Assembly: GCA_017536625.1 (NCBI GenBank)
Contig: JAFXGY010000005.1
Location: forward strand, 45,035 to 109,034
Source of the DNA: Oscillospiraceae bacterium
Lineage (GTDB): Bacteria; Bacillota; Clostridia; Oscillospirales; Ruminococcaceae
Direction of reading: 5' to 3'
DNA: 64,000 nt
A model generated the notes under the pieces. The model searched no databases and was not told the DNA's origin. It worked only from the letters and a program-made list of their open reading frames with translations. This document shows positions 8,946 to 18,348 of the stretch, piece after piece. The stretch's first letter is position 1. The number at the start of each line of letters is the position of its first letter. The position numbers were made by a program, and so were the translations under genes.

Positions 8946-10541
8946 ATGAAAAAATATCAGAAAAGAAACAGCCGCTATTTTATAGAGGCTTTGGTTTGTA
9001 TATTCATCGGCACGGTTTTTTCCGTAACCCTTCAGTTTTTTAAAGGCGATGTCCTTGATTATGCCATTTCCGGAGAAATTCAGAAAACAGTTTATTATGC
9101 TGTAATGCTTTTTGGGTTTATCCTTTGTGAAATTTTCTTTTATTATCTTTATGACCGGTTCAGTTCAGATTTTGTGGCCGCTTGCACGGGAGAACTGAAA
9201 AAAGATATTTTCACAAGCATTATCAGAAAGAGCTATGTCGAATATAAAAAACATCCCCAAGGTGAATACATTGCGAAATATACCAATGAAGCGGATATGA
9301 TAAAGGAACGCCGTTTCCGTATGCTTCCGATGTTTTGGGAGATTCTTTTCAAAATAATTTTTGTAAGCGCAGCGCTTTTTGTTCTTGATTGGCGTATTGC
9401 GATAATTACCATTGCACTTTTGACAACGCCGCTTTATATTCCAAAACTTATCGAAAAAAGCCTCCAAAATGAGCAGCAGGCGCATATTCAGGCTGTGGAA
9501 AATAATCTTGCAAAAGTCAATGATTGGCTTTCTGGATTTGAAATTATTAAAAACTATTCCGTAGAACATAAGATCATTGAAAAATTCAAAAAAGTAAATG
9601 ACACCGCAATGGAAAAAATGCTGAAGGATATGCAGCTTGGAAATCTTTCCGGGCTTATCACAACGCTGATTTCATACCTTTCTTATTTTGTCGTTCTGAT
9701 TTGTGCAACCTGGCTTGTCTTAAAAGGGGATTTTTCCGCTGGTGATTTTTTTGTTGCTATCGGAATGATAGATCAGCTTTCCTACCCGCTGATTTCCTTG
9801 GCGGGAATTACAAGGCAACTTATTGCAATCAAACCTGCTTGTTCAGAAATGGAAGAATTTTTGAAAAATTGTGAAGAAACCAAGAAGGAATCCAGCCAGA
9901 AAAATTTCTGTAAAGATATCCGTTTTGACGATGTTTCTTTCACATATGACAATCAGAGATTTATTTTGGAAAAATTTAATTTGATTGCTGAAAAAGGGAA
10001 GAGATATCTGCTTAAAGGCCCAAGTGGTTGCGGAAAAACTACGGCGATCAATCTGCTTCTTAAATATTATGCTGTTACCGATGGAGATATCAAAATAGAC
10101 GGAATTCCGCTTGAAACGATAGACAGCACCTACGGTATTATGACAGTTGTTCGGCAGGAAGCGATTTTGTTCAATGATACATTGAGAAACAATCTTACGA
10201 TGTATCAGGAAGTTCCTGAATGTAGGCTGTTTGAAGTGCTTAAAAGTGTTGGCCTTGAAAGATATGCATGTACCAATGCGTTGGATAGAGTCATTACTGA
10301 AAGCGGTTCAAATTTTTCCGGCGGAGAAAGAAAACGAATTTGTCTTGCGCGTGCATTGTTGCGTGATACAGACGTTCTTATCCTGGATGAACCTTTGGCA
10401 AATCTGGATCCCTCAACAGCAGAACGAATTGAAGATCTTATTTTATCGATCAAAAATAAAACTATTCTGGTCGTATCTCATCAGTTTACGGAAGAAAAAC
10501 TTGATAGCTTTGACAAAGTGATAGATTTTACTGAAAGATAA
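8946..10541 (+). CDS. ABC transporter, fused permease/ATP-binding half-transporter (exporter type)
   Basis: Six N-terminal TM helices, Walker A GPSGCGKTT, signature FSGGERKR and Walker B ILDEP. Confidence 0.9.
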   Translation: MKKYQKRNSRYFIEALVCIFIGTVFSVTLQFFKGDVLDYAISGEIQKTVYYAVMLFGFILCEIFFYYLYDRFSSDFVAACTGELKKDIFTSIIRKSYVEYKKHPQGEYIAKYTNEADMIKERRFRMLPMFWEILFKIIFVSAALFVLDWRIAIITIALLTTPLYIPKLIEKSLQNEQQAHIQAVENNLAKVNDWLSGFEIIKNYSVEHKIIEKFKKVNDTAMEKMLKDMQLGNLSGLITTLISYLSYFVVLICATWLVLKGDFSAGDFFVAIGMIDQLSYPLISLAGITRQLIAIKPACSEMEEFLKNCEETKKESSQKNFCKDIRFDDVSFTYDNQRFILEKFNLIAEKGKRYLLKGPSGCGKTTAINLLLKYYAVTDGDIKIDGIPLETIDSTYGIMTVVRQEAILFNDTLRNNLTMYQEVPECRLFEVLKSVGLERYACTNALDRVITESGSNFSGGERKRICLARALLRDTDVLILDEPLANLDPSTAERIEDLILSIKNKTILVVSHQFTEEKLDSFDKVIDFTER

Positions 10542-10544
10542 AAA

Positions 10545-10580
10545 TAAAAAAAGTCCCGGACTTTCGTCCGGGACTTTTTC
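10545..10580. terminator. bidirectional intrinsic terminator (ABC gene / secG)
   Basis: Stem AGTCCCGGAC-TTTC-GTCCGGGACT, flanked by A and T runs. Confidence 0.8.
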
Positions 10581-10597
10581 GTGCATTTTAAGAAAAA

Positions 10598-10843
10598 TTA
10601 AAGGAAAAGAGTAAGTGCATAAACTGCGAGGGTTACAACAAAGAAAACAACAGCAAGAACTTTGGTGATGCGAACAAGTTTTGCGTTGTTGCTTTTTGCG
10701 TCAGCTGCTGCTGCGGAAGCGCTTTTGCCGCCGAGAGCAGAAAGACCGTCCTGTTTGCTGCTGCTCTGGAAAAGAACAGTTACGGTAACGAGAACGCAGG
10801 TTATGATAAGAAGAATACTTCCGATAATTTCATAAACAGTCAT
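10598..10843 (-). CDS. secG: preprotein translocase subunit SecG
   Basis: 81 aa, two TM helices, and a central LSALGG motif. Confidence 0.8.
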   Translation of the reverse strand: MTVYEIIGSILLIITCVLVTVTVLFQSSSKQDGLSALGGKSASAAAADAKSNNAKLVRITKVLAVVFFVVTLAVYALTLFL

Positions 10844-11104
10844 GATAAACCTCCAAAAATAACACGATAGCTATAATATAATACCACAGCTATCATGCTT
10901 TTGCAAGGCTTTTTTTCGCTTTTTTACAAAAAAATGACGGTTTTTACCAGGGTATTATAACGCTTTTCGGATAAATACTATAATCAAGCCCGTTTGCTTT
11001 CGATAAAGAAAGAAAAAAGCGTTTGCCTTATATATAATCGAAAACAAACGGCTTTTTATGAGAGGATGCCGCAGCTTGCGGGCATCCTCCGTTTTTTTAT
11101 AAAA

Positions 11105-11404
11105 TCAGATGAAGTCGGGGATGTCTTCGGTACCTTCGAATTCGACGAATCTGTCCTCATAAGTGCCATTGATCATTTCGCAAACTTTTTCGCGGCGGGG
11201 ATAAAGAACCTCGAAAGCGGCGAAAGCTGCAAATACCGCAATGAACGGAGCAAGATATTTGAGGGCTTTGTTTGCGGAAATTCCGAAGAGAATTCCAAGG
11301 AGAAGAACGAGAAGATAGCACCAGAAATAATCTTTGTATTCAAAGTCCTCGGCGATATCTCTTGCTCTGTCGAACCATTTTCTGCAGAATGCGTACATAA
11401 TCAA
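11105..11404 (-). CDS. small membrane protein, unknown function
   Basis: Two TM helices. It lies downstream of the topoisomerase gene on the same strand. Confidence 0.45.
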   Translation of the reverse strand: MIMYAFCRKWFDRARDIAEDFEYKDYFWCYLLVLLLGILFGISANKALKYLAPFIAVFAAFAAFEVLYPRREKVCEMINGTYEDRFVEFEGTEDIPDFI

Positions 11405-11428
11405 ATCTCCTTTCGGTATATGAAAATA

Positions 11429-13660
11429 TTATAAACTGATTTGTTCAAAAAGGTCGCCGTCTTTCGGAATTGCGCCTGCTGCGGGAAGATTCCTTGTTCT
11501 GAATCTGTGCGCGTTTTCAAGGCTGCCTTCGGCGAAGGGTTTTGCGCCGGAAACCACGGCGTTTTTCTTAAGGGTCATAACCGCAACCCCCTGGGTATCC
11601 CTTGCGGCTTTTGAAGGAATTGCGCCGGAATGCACAAGAAGAAGTCTTCCGCCGGAAGAGGAAAGAAGGAATTCCTTATCTTCCTCAATATTATAGCAGG
11701 CAACAAGGGGCGATTTATCGCAATAAGCGCCGATAAGCTTTTTGCGCCTTGTTTTTGTTTCATAAGAAGAAAGCGGAACCTTTGCGGCTTTTCCGTTCTC
11801 GAAGAAGAATACCATAAATCCGGTATATTTTTCAACTATCGCCATAAAAATTGCGCTTTCGCCTTCGTCAAAGCCAAGCTTCGAGGGGATGTAATCGCCC
11901 ATCACGCTGGTTTTTGTGTCGTCAAATTCGCTGGCGCGGGTTTTATAAACCTGGCATTTATTGCTGAAGAACATAAGCTCGACATTGTTGTGACTTTCGG
12001 CGGAAAAAACAATTTCGTCGCCTTCCTTAAGTTTATGTTCGCCGGACATTCGAAGGGATTGGGGAGTTATCTTTTTAAAGTAACCTTCCCTTGTGAAGAA
12101 AAGGTTTACCGGGTAATCCGGAACTTCTTCCTCAACTTCAACCGCGGCGCTTTCGCTGATATAAATTATCTCGCTGCGTCTGGGCTGGTCATATTTTTTG
12201 ATGACCTCTTTAAGTTCATCTATGATAATGTTGTTTATCTTCTTCGGGTCGTTAAGGATTATCTCCATTTCGGCGATATCCTTTTTAAGGTCGTTGATAT
12301 CCGCTGTGCGTTTAAGGATATATTCCCGGTTAAGGTGGCGGAGTTTTATTTCCGCAACGTATTCAGCCTGGATCTGGTCGATGCCGAAGCCGATCATAAG
12401 GTTGGGAACAACTTCCGTTTCACTTTCGGTTTCGCGGATGATTTTTATTGCCTTATCAATATCAAGAAGGATTTTCTGAAGACCTTTGAGAAGGTGAAGT
12501 CTGTCCTTCTTCATTTTGAGGTCGAAATAAATTCTTCTGCGAACGCATTCGTGGCGGAATGCTACCCATTCGTTGATTATCTGGCGAACGCCGAGAACCA
12601 TCGGCGAACCGCCGATGAGAACGTTGAAGTTTGCGGAAAAGGAATCCTCAAGCGGGGTGCTCTTATAAAGTTTCTGCATAAGAGCGTCCGGGTCAACGCC
12701 TCTTTTAAGGTCGATGGCGATTTTAAGACCGGAAAGGTCGGTTTCGTCACGGATATCGGAAATTTCGGTGATTTTTCTTGCTTTTACAAGCTCAAGGATT
12801 TTATCAATAATCGCTTCGACGCAGGTGGTGGAAGGAATTTCCGTTACCTCGATGCATTTGTTCTTTTCATCGAAATTATATTTCGAACGGACCCTGATGC
12901 TTCCTCTGCCGGTTTCATAAATTTTTGTAAGCTCGTCCTTATCGAAGATGATAAGTCCGCCGCCGGAAAAATCCGGTGCGGGAAGGGTGGAAAGCAAATC
13001 GTGGTTTGGGTCTTTGATAAGTTTTATAGTGGTTTCGCAGATTTCGGAAAGTCTGAAAGGACAAATCTGGGAAGCCATGCCGACCGCAATTCCCACGTTA
13101 TAGTTGACAAGAATGGAAGGGAAGGTGACAGGGAAAAGGGAAGGTTCCTTCATGGTGTTGTCATAGTTATCCACAAAGTCAACCGTATCTTTATCAATGT
13201 CGCGGAAAAGCTCCCCGGCTATTTTATCAAGCTTTGCTTCGGTATAACGGGAAGCGGCGCAGACCATGTTGCGGGAATATGCCTTGCCGAAGTTTCCTTT
13301 GCTGTCGATCCATGGGTGGAGCAAAGCTCCGTTGCCTCTTGCCATGCGGACCATTGTATCATAAATCGCCTGGTCACCGTGGGGGTTAAGCTTCATGGTC
13401 TGGCCTACGATATTGGCGGATTTGGTCTTTGATCCGGTAAGAAGACCCATTTTATACATGGTATAAAGCAGTTTTCTGTGGCTGGGTTTAAAGCCGTCGA
13501 TTTCCGGAATGGCACGGCTTACTATAACGCTCATGGCATAGGGCATATAGTTTTTTTCAAGAACGTCAACTATGGGCTGATCAACCACTACGCCGGCGTT
13601 TTCAAAATTGGCCTTCTGTTCCGGTTTTGTCTGTTGTTTTTCGATTTTCTTTTTAGCCAT
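11429..13660 (-). CDS. type IIA topoisomerase subunit A (ParC/GyrA family)
   Basis: PDVRDGLKP-like IPEIDGFKPSHRK, active-site AASRYTEAKL and a beta-pinwheel C-terminus. No B subunit lies next to it in the window. Confidence 0.85.
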   Translation of the reverse strand: MAKKKIEKQQTKPEQKANFENAGVVVDQPIVDVLEKNYMPYAMSVIVSRAIPEIDGFKPSHRKLLYTMYKMGLLTGSKTKSANIVGQTMKLNPHGDQAIYDTMVRMARGNGALLHPWIDSKGNFGKAYSRNMVCAASRYTEAKLDKIAGELFRDIDKDTVDFVDNYDNTMKEPSLFPVTFPSILVNYNVGIAVGMASQICPFRLSEICETTIKLIKDPNHDLLSTLPAPDFSGGGLIIFDKDELTKIYETGRGSIRVRSKYNFDEKNKCIEVTEIPSTTCVEAIIDKILELVKARKITEISDIRDETDLSGLKIAIDLKRGVDPDALMQKLYKSTPLEDSFSANFNVLIGGSPMVLGVRQIINEWVAFRHECVRRRIYFDLKMKKDRLHLLKGLQKILLDIDKAIKIIRETESETEVVPNLMIGFGIDQIQAEYVAEIKLRHLNREYILKRTADINDLKKDIAEMEIILNDPKKINNIIIDELKEVIKKYDQPRRSEIIYISESAAVEVEEEVPDYPVNLFFTREGYFKKITPQSLRMSGEHKLKEGDEIVFSAESHNNVELMFFSNKCQVYKTRASEFDDTKTSVMGDYIPSKLGFDEGESAIFMAIVEKYTGFMVFFFENGKAAKVPLSSYETKTRRKKLIGAYCDKSPLVACYNIEEDKEFLLSSSGGRLLLVHSGAIPSKAARDTQGVAVMTLKKNAVVSGAKPFAEGSLENAHRFRTRNLPAAGAIPKDGDLFEQISL

Positions 13661-13678
13661 TTTTTCCCTTTCCGGTAA

Positions 13679-14164
13679 TCATTTATGATATTTTCCTCCG
13701 GTGGAAATCTGGAACGCGCGATAAATCTGTTCCAGAATAAGCACACGGGAAATCTGGTGTGTAAAAGTCATTCTCGAAAGCGAAAGCCTGAGCTTCGCTC
13801 TCTTTTTAATTTCTTCCGAAAGCCCATAGGAACCGCCAATTACGAAGCAAAGTTCGCTGGCGCTTTCGTCGGACATAAGATTTTCAAGCTTCTGCGAAAA
13901 TCCTTCGGAAGAAAGCATATCTCCTTCAATGCACATGGCGGCAATAACCGCGTTCTGCGGAATTTTTGCGGCGATGGCGCTGCCTTCCGCTTCAATGCAT
14001 TTTGCAATTTCGGAAGGAGAGGGCTTTTCCGGAAGTTTATATTCGCCAAGCTCGGTTATTTTGAGTTTGCAGTAAGCGGAAAGGCGCTTTTCGTATTCGG
14101 CGGCGGCTTCGCGCAGATATTTTTCTTTGAGATTTCCGACGCAGATAATGTTTATTGTGCGCAT
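13679..14164 (-). CDS. rlmH: 23S rRNA (pseudouridine1915-N3)-methyltransferase RlmH
   Basis: 161-aa SPOUT fold with the ending LSLSRMTFTHQISRVLILEQIYRA. Confidence 0.9.
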   Translation of the reverse strand: MRTINIICVGNLKEKYLREAAAEYEKRLSAYCKLKITELGEYKLPEKPSPSEIAKCIEAEGSAIAAKIPQNAVIAAMCIEGDMLSSEGFSQKLENLMSDESASELCFVIGGSYGLSEEIKKRAKLRLSLSRMTFTHQISRVLILEQIYRAFQISTGGKYHK

Positions 14165-14173
14165 TTTTCCTCC

Positions 14174-14965
14174 TTAAAGCAAAATATTTTCAGAAAGTTC
14201 ACTTCTCGGCGCCGCAAACATAACGTAATCCCTGTTCTGCGCCATTCCTGCAACGGAAAGTTCCGCAAGGCAGGTCTGAAGGGCAACTTCCGGGGTATTG
14301 TTTTCTTTGCTGAGATGGCCGAGGATAATATGGGTGGTGCCGCTTTTAACAAGTTCCGGAAGGAACGCGGCGCAATCTGTATTGGAAAGATGTCCCGTGG
14401 GGCCTTTTATCCTTCTTTTAAGATGATACGGATATTTTCCGAATTCGAGCATACCGCTGTCATAATTAGATTCTATGAGCACGGCTTCACTTCCAAGAAG
14501 ATGCTCACGGGCTTCTTCGGTGATATAACCCGTATCGGTGCAGATGCTTATGCGGTGCTCATCCGGCGTGATGATGCTGTAGCCAAGGCTTCCGACGCTG
14601 TCGTGGGAAGTTTTGAAGGGCTTTACAAGCATGTTGCCGATGAGCTGTCCGTGCTCATCAATTTCGTTGAGCACGGCATTGAACGGAACAAGCCCGTTTG
14701 CACCAAGATATCTGAGCACCGGTGCGGAAGCATAAAGAGGAACTTTGTGGTGGCTCAAAAAAACCGCAAGTCCCCTAACATGGTCGATATGTTCATGGGT
14801 GATGATTATTCCGGAAAGGGAATCCGGATCGATTCCCCGTTCTTTAAGCCCGGATGTTATGCCTTTGCAGCTTATGCCGCAGTCGATGAGAATTCCTTCC
14901 CCGGAAGCGCCGACGAAGCTCGAATTGCCGGAACTGCCGCTGGCGATGGTAAAAAATTTTGCCAA
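14174..14965 (-). CDS. MBL-fold metallo-hydrolase (YycJ-like)
   Basis: THEHIDH motif in a roughly 260-aa protein. Confidence 0.85.
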   Translation of the reverse strand: MAKFFTIASGSSGNSSFVGASGEGILIDCGISCKGITSGLKERGIDPDSLSGIIITHEHIDHVRGLAVFLSHHKVPLYASAPVLRYLGANGLVPFNAVLNEIDEHGQLIGNMLVKPFKTSHDSVGSLGYSIITPDEHRISICTDTGYITEEAREHLLGSEAVLIESNYDSGMLEFGKYPYHLKRRIKGPTGHLSNTDCAAFLPELVKSGTTHIILGHLSKENNTPEVALQTCLAELSVAGMAQNRDYVMFAAPRSELSENILL

Positions 14966-15024
14966 AGATTATACCTCCGGAAAAACAGAATAAGCGGAGC
15001 GGAAACCGCTCCGCCGATTATTTT

Positions 15025-16314
15025 TTATACTACGGAATACATGGAAGAACCTTCCGGAACGGAAACACGGTCGATTTCTGCGCCAAGTCCACGGAGCTTA
15101 TCAACAAGGTTGGTATATCCGCGTTCGATGTGGTGGATATCTTCGATTTCGGTTTTTCCGTTTGCGGCAAGCCCCGCAATTACCATTGCGGCGCCGGCGC
15201 GAAGATCTGCCGCGCGAACACATGCACCGGAAAGGCTTTCGACGCCCTGGATTACCGCGACTTTGCCGTCAACGGAAATGGAAGCGCCCATTCTGCAAAG
15301 TTCGGAAATATATTTGAAGCGGTTATCCCAAACGCCTTCGGTGACAATGCTGGTTCCTCTTGCAAGAGCAAGAAGGGTGGTCATCTGGGGCTGCATATCG
15401 GTTGGGAATCCGGGATAGGGCATGGTTTTTACGTTGACGTGTTCAAAATGGTCAACTTCGCCGGAAACGCGGACTGCGTCATCGTATTCAACGACGGAAG
15501 CGCCGGTTTTGACGAGCTTTTCGGTGATTGCTTCAAGGTGCTTCGGAATAACGCCCCTGATAAGCACATTGCCTTTGGTTGCGGCAGCGGCTACCATATA
15601 AGTTCCGGCTTCAATCTGGTCCGGAATGATGGAATAGTTTGCGCCGTGAAGCTTTTCAACGCCGTGAATCTTGATAACGTCGGTACCTGCGCCGCGGATA
15701 TCCGCGCCGAGGGAGTTGAGGAAGTTCGCAAGGTCAACGATATGGGGTTCCTTTGCGACGTTTTCAAGAACGGTAAGACCTTTTGCCTTTACCGCGGCAA
15801 GCATTACGTTGATGGTTGCGCCGACGGAAACAACGTCAAAATAAATGTGGCTTCCAAGAAGACCTTCCGTGCTTATGGAAACGCTTCCGTGACCGATATT
15901 GACGTCTGCGCCAAGGGCTTCAAAACCTTTGATATGCTGGTCGATGGGTCTGACGCCGAAGTCGCATCCGCCGGGAAGCGGAACATTCGCTTCGTTGCAT
16001 CTTCCAAGGAGCGCACCGAGGAAATAATAAGAAGCGCGAAGCTGTCTTGCAAGGTCCTCGGGAACTTTGTGGGAAGTGATGTTGCTTGTATCAATAAAAA
16101 CGGAAGTGCGGCTTACAACACGAACTGTTGCGCCCATAAGAGAAAGCATATCATAAAGGGTATAAACATCGCTGATATCAGGGATGTTTTCAAGGAGGCA
16201 GGGGCCTCCGGCAAGGATGGTTGCAGGGATTATTGCAACCGCGGCATTTTTTGCGCCGCTGACATGGACTTCTCCGCGAAGAGGAGTACCGCCTTTAATT
16301 ACGAGTTTATCCAA
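15025..16314 (-). CDS. murA: UDP-N-acetylglucosamine 1-carboxyvinyltransferase
   Basis: N-terminus MDKLVIKGGTPLRGEVHVSGAKNAAV; 429 aa. Confidence 0.95.
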   Translation of the reverse strand: MDKLVIKGGTPLRGEVHVSGAKNAAVAIIPATILAGGPCLLENIPDISDVYTLYDMLSLMGATVRVVSRTSVFIDTSNITSHKVPEDLARQLRASYYFLGALLGRCNEANVPLPGGCDFGVRPIDQHIKGFEALGADVNIGHGSVSISTEGLLGSHIYFDVVSVGATINVMLAAVKAKGLTVLENVAKEPHIVDLANFLNSLGADIRGAGTDVIKIHGVEKLHGANYSIIPDQIEAGTYMVAAAATKGNVLIRGVIPKHLEAITEKLVKTGASVVEYDDAVRVSGEVDHFEHVNVKTMPYPGFPTDMQPQMTTLLALARGTSIVTEGVWDNRFKYISELCRMGASISVDGKVAVIQGVESLSGACVRAADLRAGAAMVIAGLAANGKTEIEDIHHIERGYTNLVDKLRGLGAEIDRVSVPEGSSMYSVV

Positions 16315-16561
16315 AATTCTATCCCCTTAAAATTTATTTATCGTAACTTTGAAAAACAAAGATAGTTACAGTTATAATTATAATAGCATAAATTTAATTT
16401 CTTTTCAACATTATTCTTGAATATATTGAATTATAACCTGCGAAGAACCGCCGGCAGGAAAAAGAAAGCACAAAATATGTATAAATTATTAACAAAAGGT
16501 CTTGTTTTTTTCAATATTAAGGTCTAATATAGAATTATAAAATTTGAAAGAAGGATTAGGA

Positions 16562-18253
16562 ATGAAAAAAATCATCGCAGTAATTTTTGCGCTTGTTCTG
16601 GTGCTTATGTGCTCTGTAACGGCATTTTCCGGAACCGCAAAAGTCCTTAAATTTGTATCCGAACCGTTCACCGAAGAAAACGGAACTCAGACGGTCGATC
16701 TTGTTGCCGAAAATATCGGTGAAATAACCATGCTGCAGTTTGCCATCGGATATGACGAAACCAAACTTCAGGTCGAAAGCGTAACTGCCGAAAAATTTAA
16801 CCAGGTTCTGGTCAACTATTCCGAACCCGGCGTAATCCGCATAGTCTGGGATGCACTTTCTCCCGTAAACACTGACGGAACCGTTGCAACCATCACTTTC
16901 AGAGCTGTTTCCGACGTTCTTTGCGAAACTTCCATCGGATTTATTGAAGGCGAAGATTTTATCGTTGCAGATGCCGATTGGGAACCGATTCCGGAAGAGG
17001 ACATCAGAGCCGATGAAGGCACCGTCGTGATTGATTATGAACACGAACATACCTGGGACAGCTGGACCGTAACCGAAGACCCCACCTGTACCGAACCCGG
17101 CGAAAGATATCACACCTGCACCGCTTATAAAGGCACCTGCGGCGAAGTCGCAACCGAAGAAATCCCCGCACTTGGCCACAGCTGGAGCGCTTGGGCAGAA
17201 ATTTTTGCTCCCGATTGCCTTAATGCGGGTTCCAAAGTAAGAATCTGCGAAGTCTGCTTTGAAGAGGAAGAGGCAGAAATCCCCGCACTCGGCCATGATT
17301 GGGGCGAAACAACCTATGCCTGGAGCGAAAACGGATATTCCTGCACCGCAGAAAGAGTTTGCAGAAATGATTCTTTACATTGCGAAAAAGCCGAAGCAAC
17401 CGTTTATTCCGAAGTGATCAAAGAACCTACCTGCACCGAAATGGGCGAAAACGGATATTACGCAACATTCCATGAAGAATGGGCTTCTGAACAGAGCACT
17501 TCCAGAACCGATATCGAAGCTCTTGGCCATGAATGGAGCGATTGGGAAGTAACCCTTGAACCCACCTATACCACCGAAGGCGCACAGCACAGAGATTGCT
17601 CTGTTTGCGGAGAAACCCAGGACGAAGTTATTCCGAAGCTCCCCACCGATATCACCATTTCCGATAAAACCATTGTGGTTGGCGGCAAAAAGACCGTTTC
17701 TGTCAATATCACCGAAGGTTCCGAAGTAACCGCTGTTCAGTTTGCGGTAAAATATGATCCTTCCGTGCTCAAAGTGGTTTCCGTAACTCCCGGAACCGCA
17801 GTTGCGGACGCAACCATCAACAGCGGAATTGAAGGACTTGTATTTTTCGCATGGGAAGCGATTGATGCGATCAATACCGCAGAAACCATTCTTAATATTG
17901 AATTCACCACTGCGGAAGGCGCAGCCGCCTGCGAAACCAAAGTCGAAATCGATACCGTGAACGAAGATTTCGTATTCGCTGATGAAAACCAGAAATCCAT
18001 CAGAAACAACATCAGCGGCGGACTTATCACCGTAATCGACGTAATTTACGGCGATGTTGACGGCAACGAAAAAGTAAATGTCCTCGACGCAAACATCATC
18101 AGAAGATATTCTGCAAGACTTGCTTCTCTCGAAGATAATCAGCTTGTAGCGGCTGACGTTGACGGCAACGGAAAAGTAAACGTACTTGACGCAAACCTCG
18201 TAAGAAGATATGCCGCAAGACTTATCAATATTTTCCCCGTTGAAGAAAAATAA
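16562..18253 (+). CDS. secreted scaffoldin-like protein: cohesin, four Cys-rich LGHxW modules, a second cohesin, and a C-terminal dockerin
   Basis: Signal peptide, and dockerin repeats GDVDGNEKVNVLDANIIRRY and ADVDGNGKVNVLDANLVRRY. Confidence 0.85.
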   Translation: MKKIIAVIFALVLVLMCSVTAFSGTAKVLKFVSEPFTEENGTQTVDLVAENIGEITMLQFAIGYDETKLQVESVTAEKFNQVLVNYSEPGVIRIVWDALSPVNTDGTVATITFRAVSDVLCETSIGFIEGEDFIVADADWEPIPEEDIRADEGTVVIDYEHEHTWDSWTVTEDPTCTEPGERYHTCTAYKGTCGEVATEEIPALGHSWSAWAEIFAPDCLNAGSKVRICEVCFEEEEAEIPALGHDWGETTYAWSENGYSCTAERVCRNDSLHCEKAEATVYSEVIKEPTCTEMGENGYYATFHEEWASEQSTSRTDIEALGHEWSDWEVTLEPTYTTEGAQHRDCSVCGETQDEVIPKLPTDITISDKTIVVGGKKTVSVNITEGSEVTAVQFAVKYDPSVLKVVSVTPGTAVADATINSGIEGLVFFAWEAIDAINTAETILNIEFTTAEGAAACETKVEIDTVNEDFVFADENQKSIRNNISGGLITVIDVIYGDVDGNEKVNVLDANIIRRYSARLASLEDNQLVAADVDGNGKVNVLDANLVRRYAARLINIFPVEEK

Positions 18254-18265
18254 TTAAGTAAAGCA

Positions 18266-18301
18266 CAAAAAAGGCTTCCGGATTTCCGGAAGCCTTTTTT
18301 A
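18266..18301 (+). terminator. intrinsic terminator
   Basis: Stem AAGGCTTCCGGA-TTT-CCGGAAGCCTT plus a T-run. Confidence 0.8.
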
Positions 18302-18307
18302 TACGCG

Positions 18308-18343
18308 AAAAAAAGCTCCGTTCGGGAAGAACGGAGCTTTTTA
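18308..18343 (-). terminator. intrinsic terminator of the M23 peptidase gene
   Basis: Stem AGCTCCGTT...AACGGAGCT, flanked by A and T runs. Confidence 0.75.
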
Positions 18344-18348
18344 TAAAA

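Noticed and set aside
10979-11098. A possible small RNA on the plus strand between secG and the 99-aa gene (a TATAAT-like box plus two hairpins with T-runs).
   Set aside because: The hairpins are adequately explained as bidirectional terminators for the converging minus-strand operon. The -35 is poor, and there is no further support.
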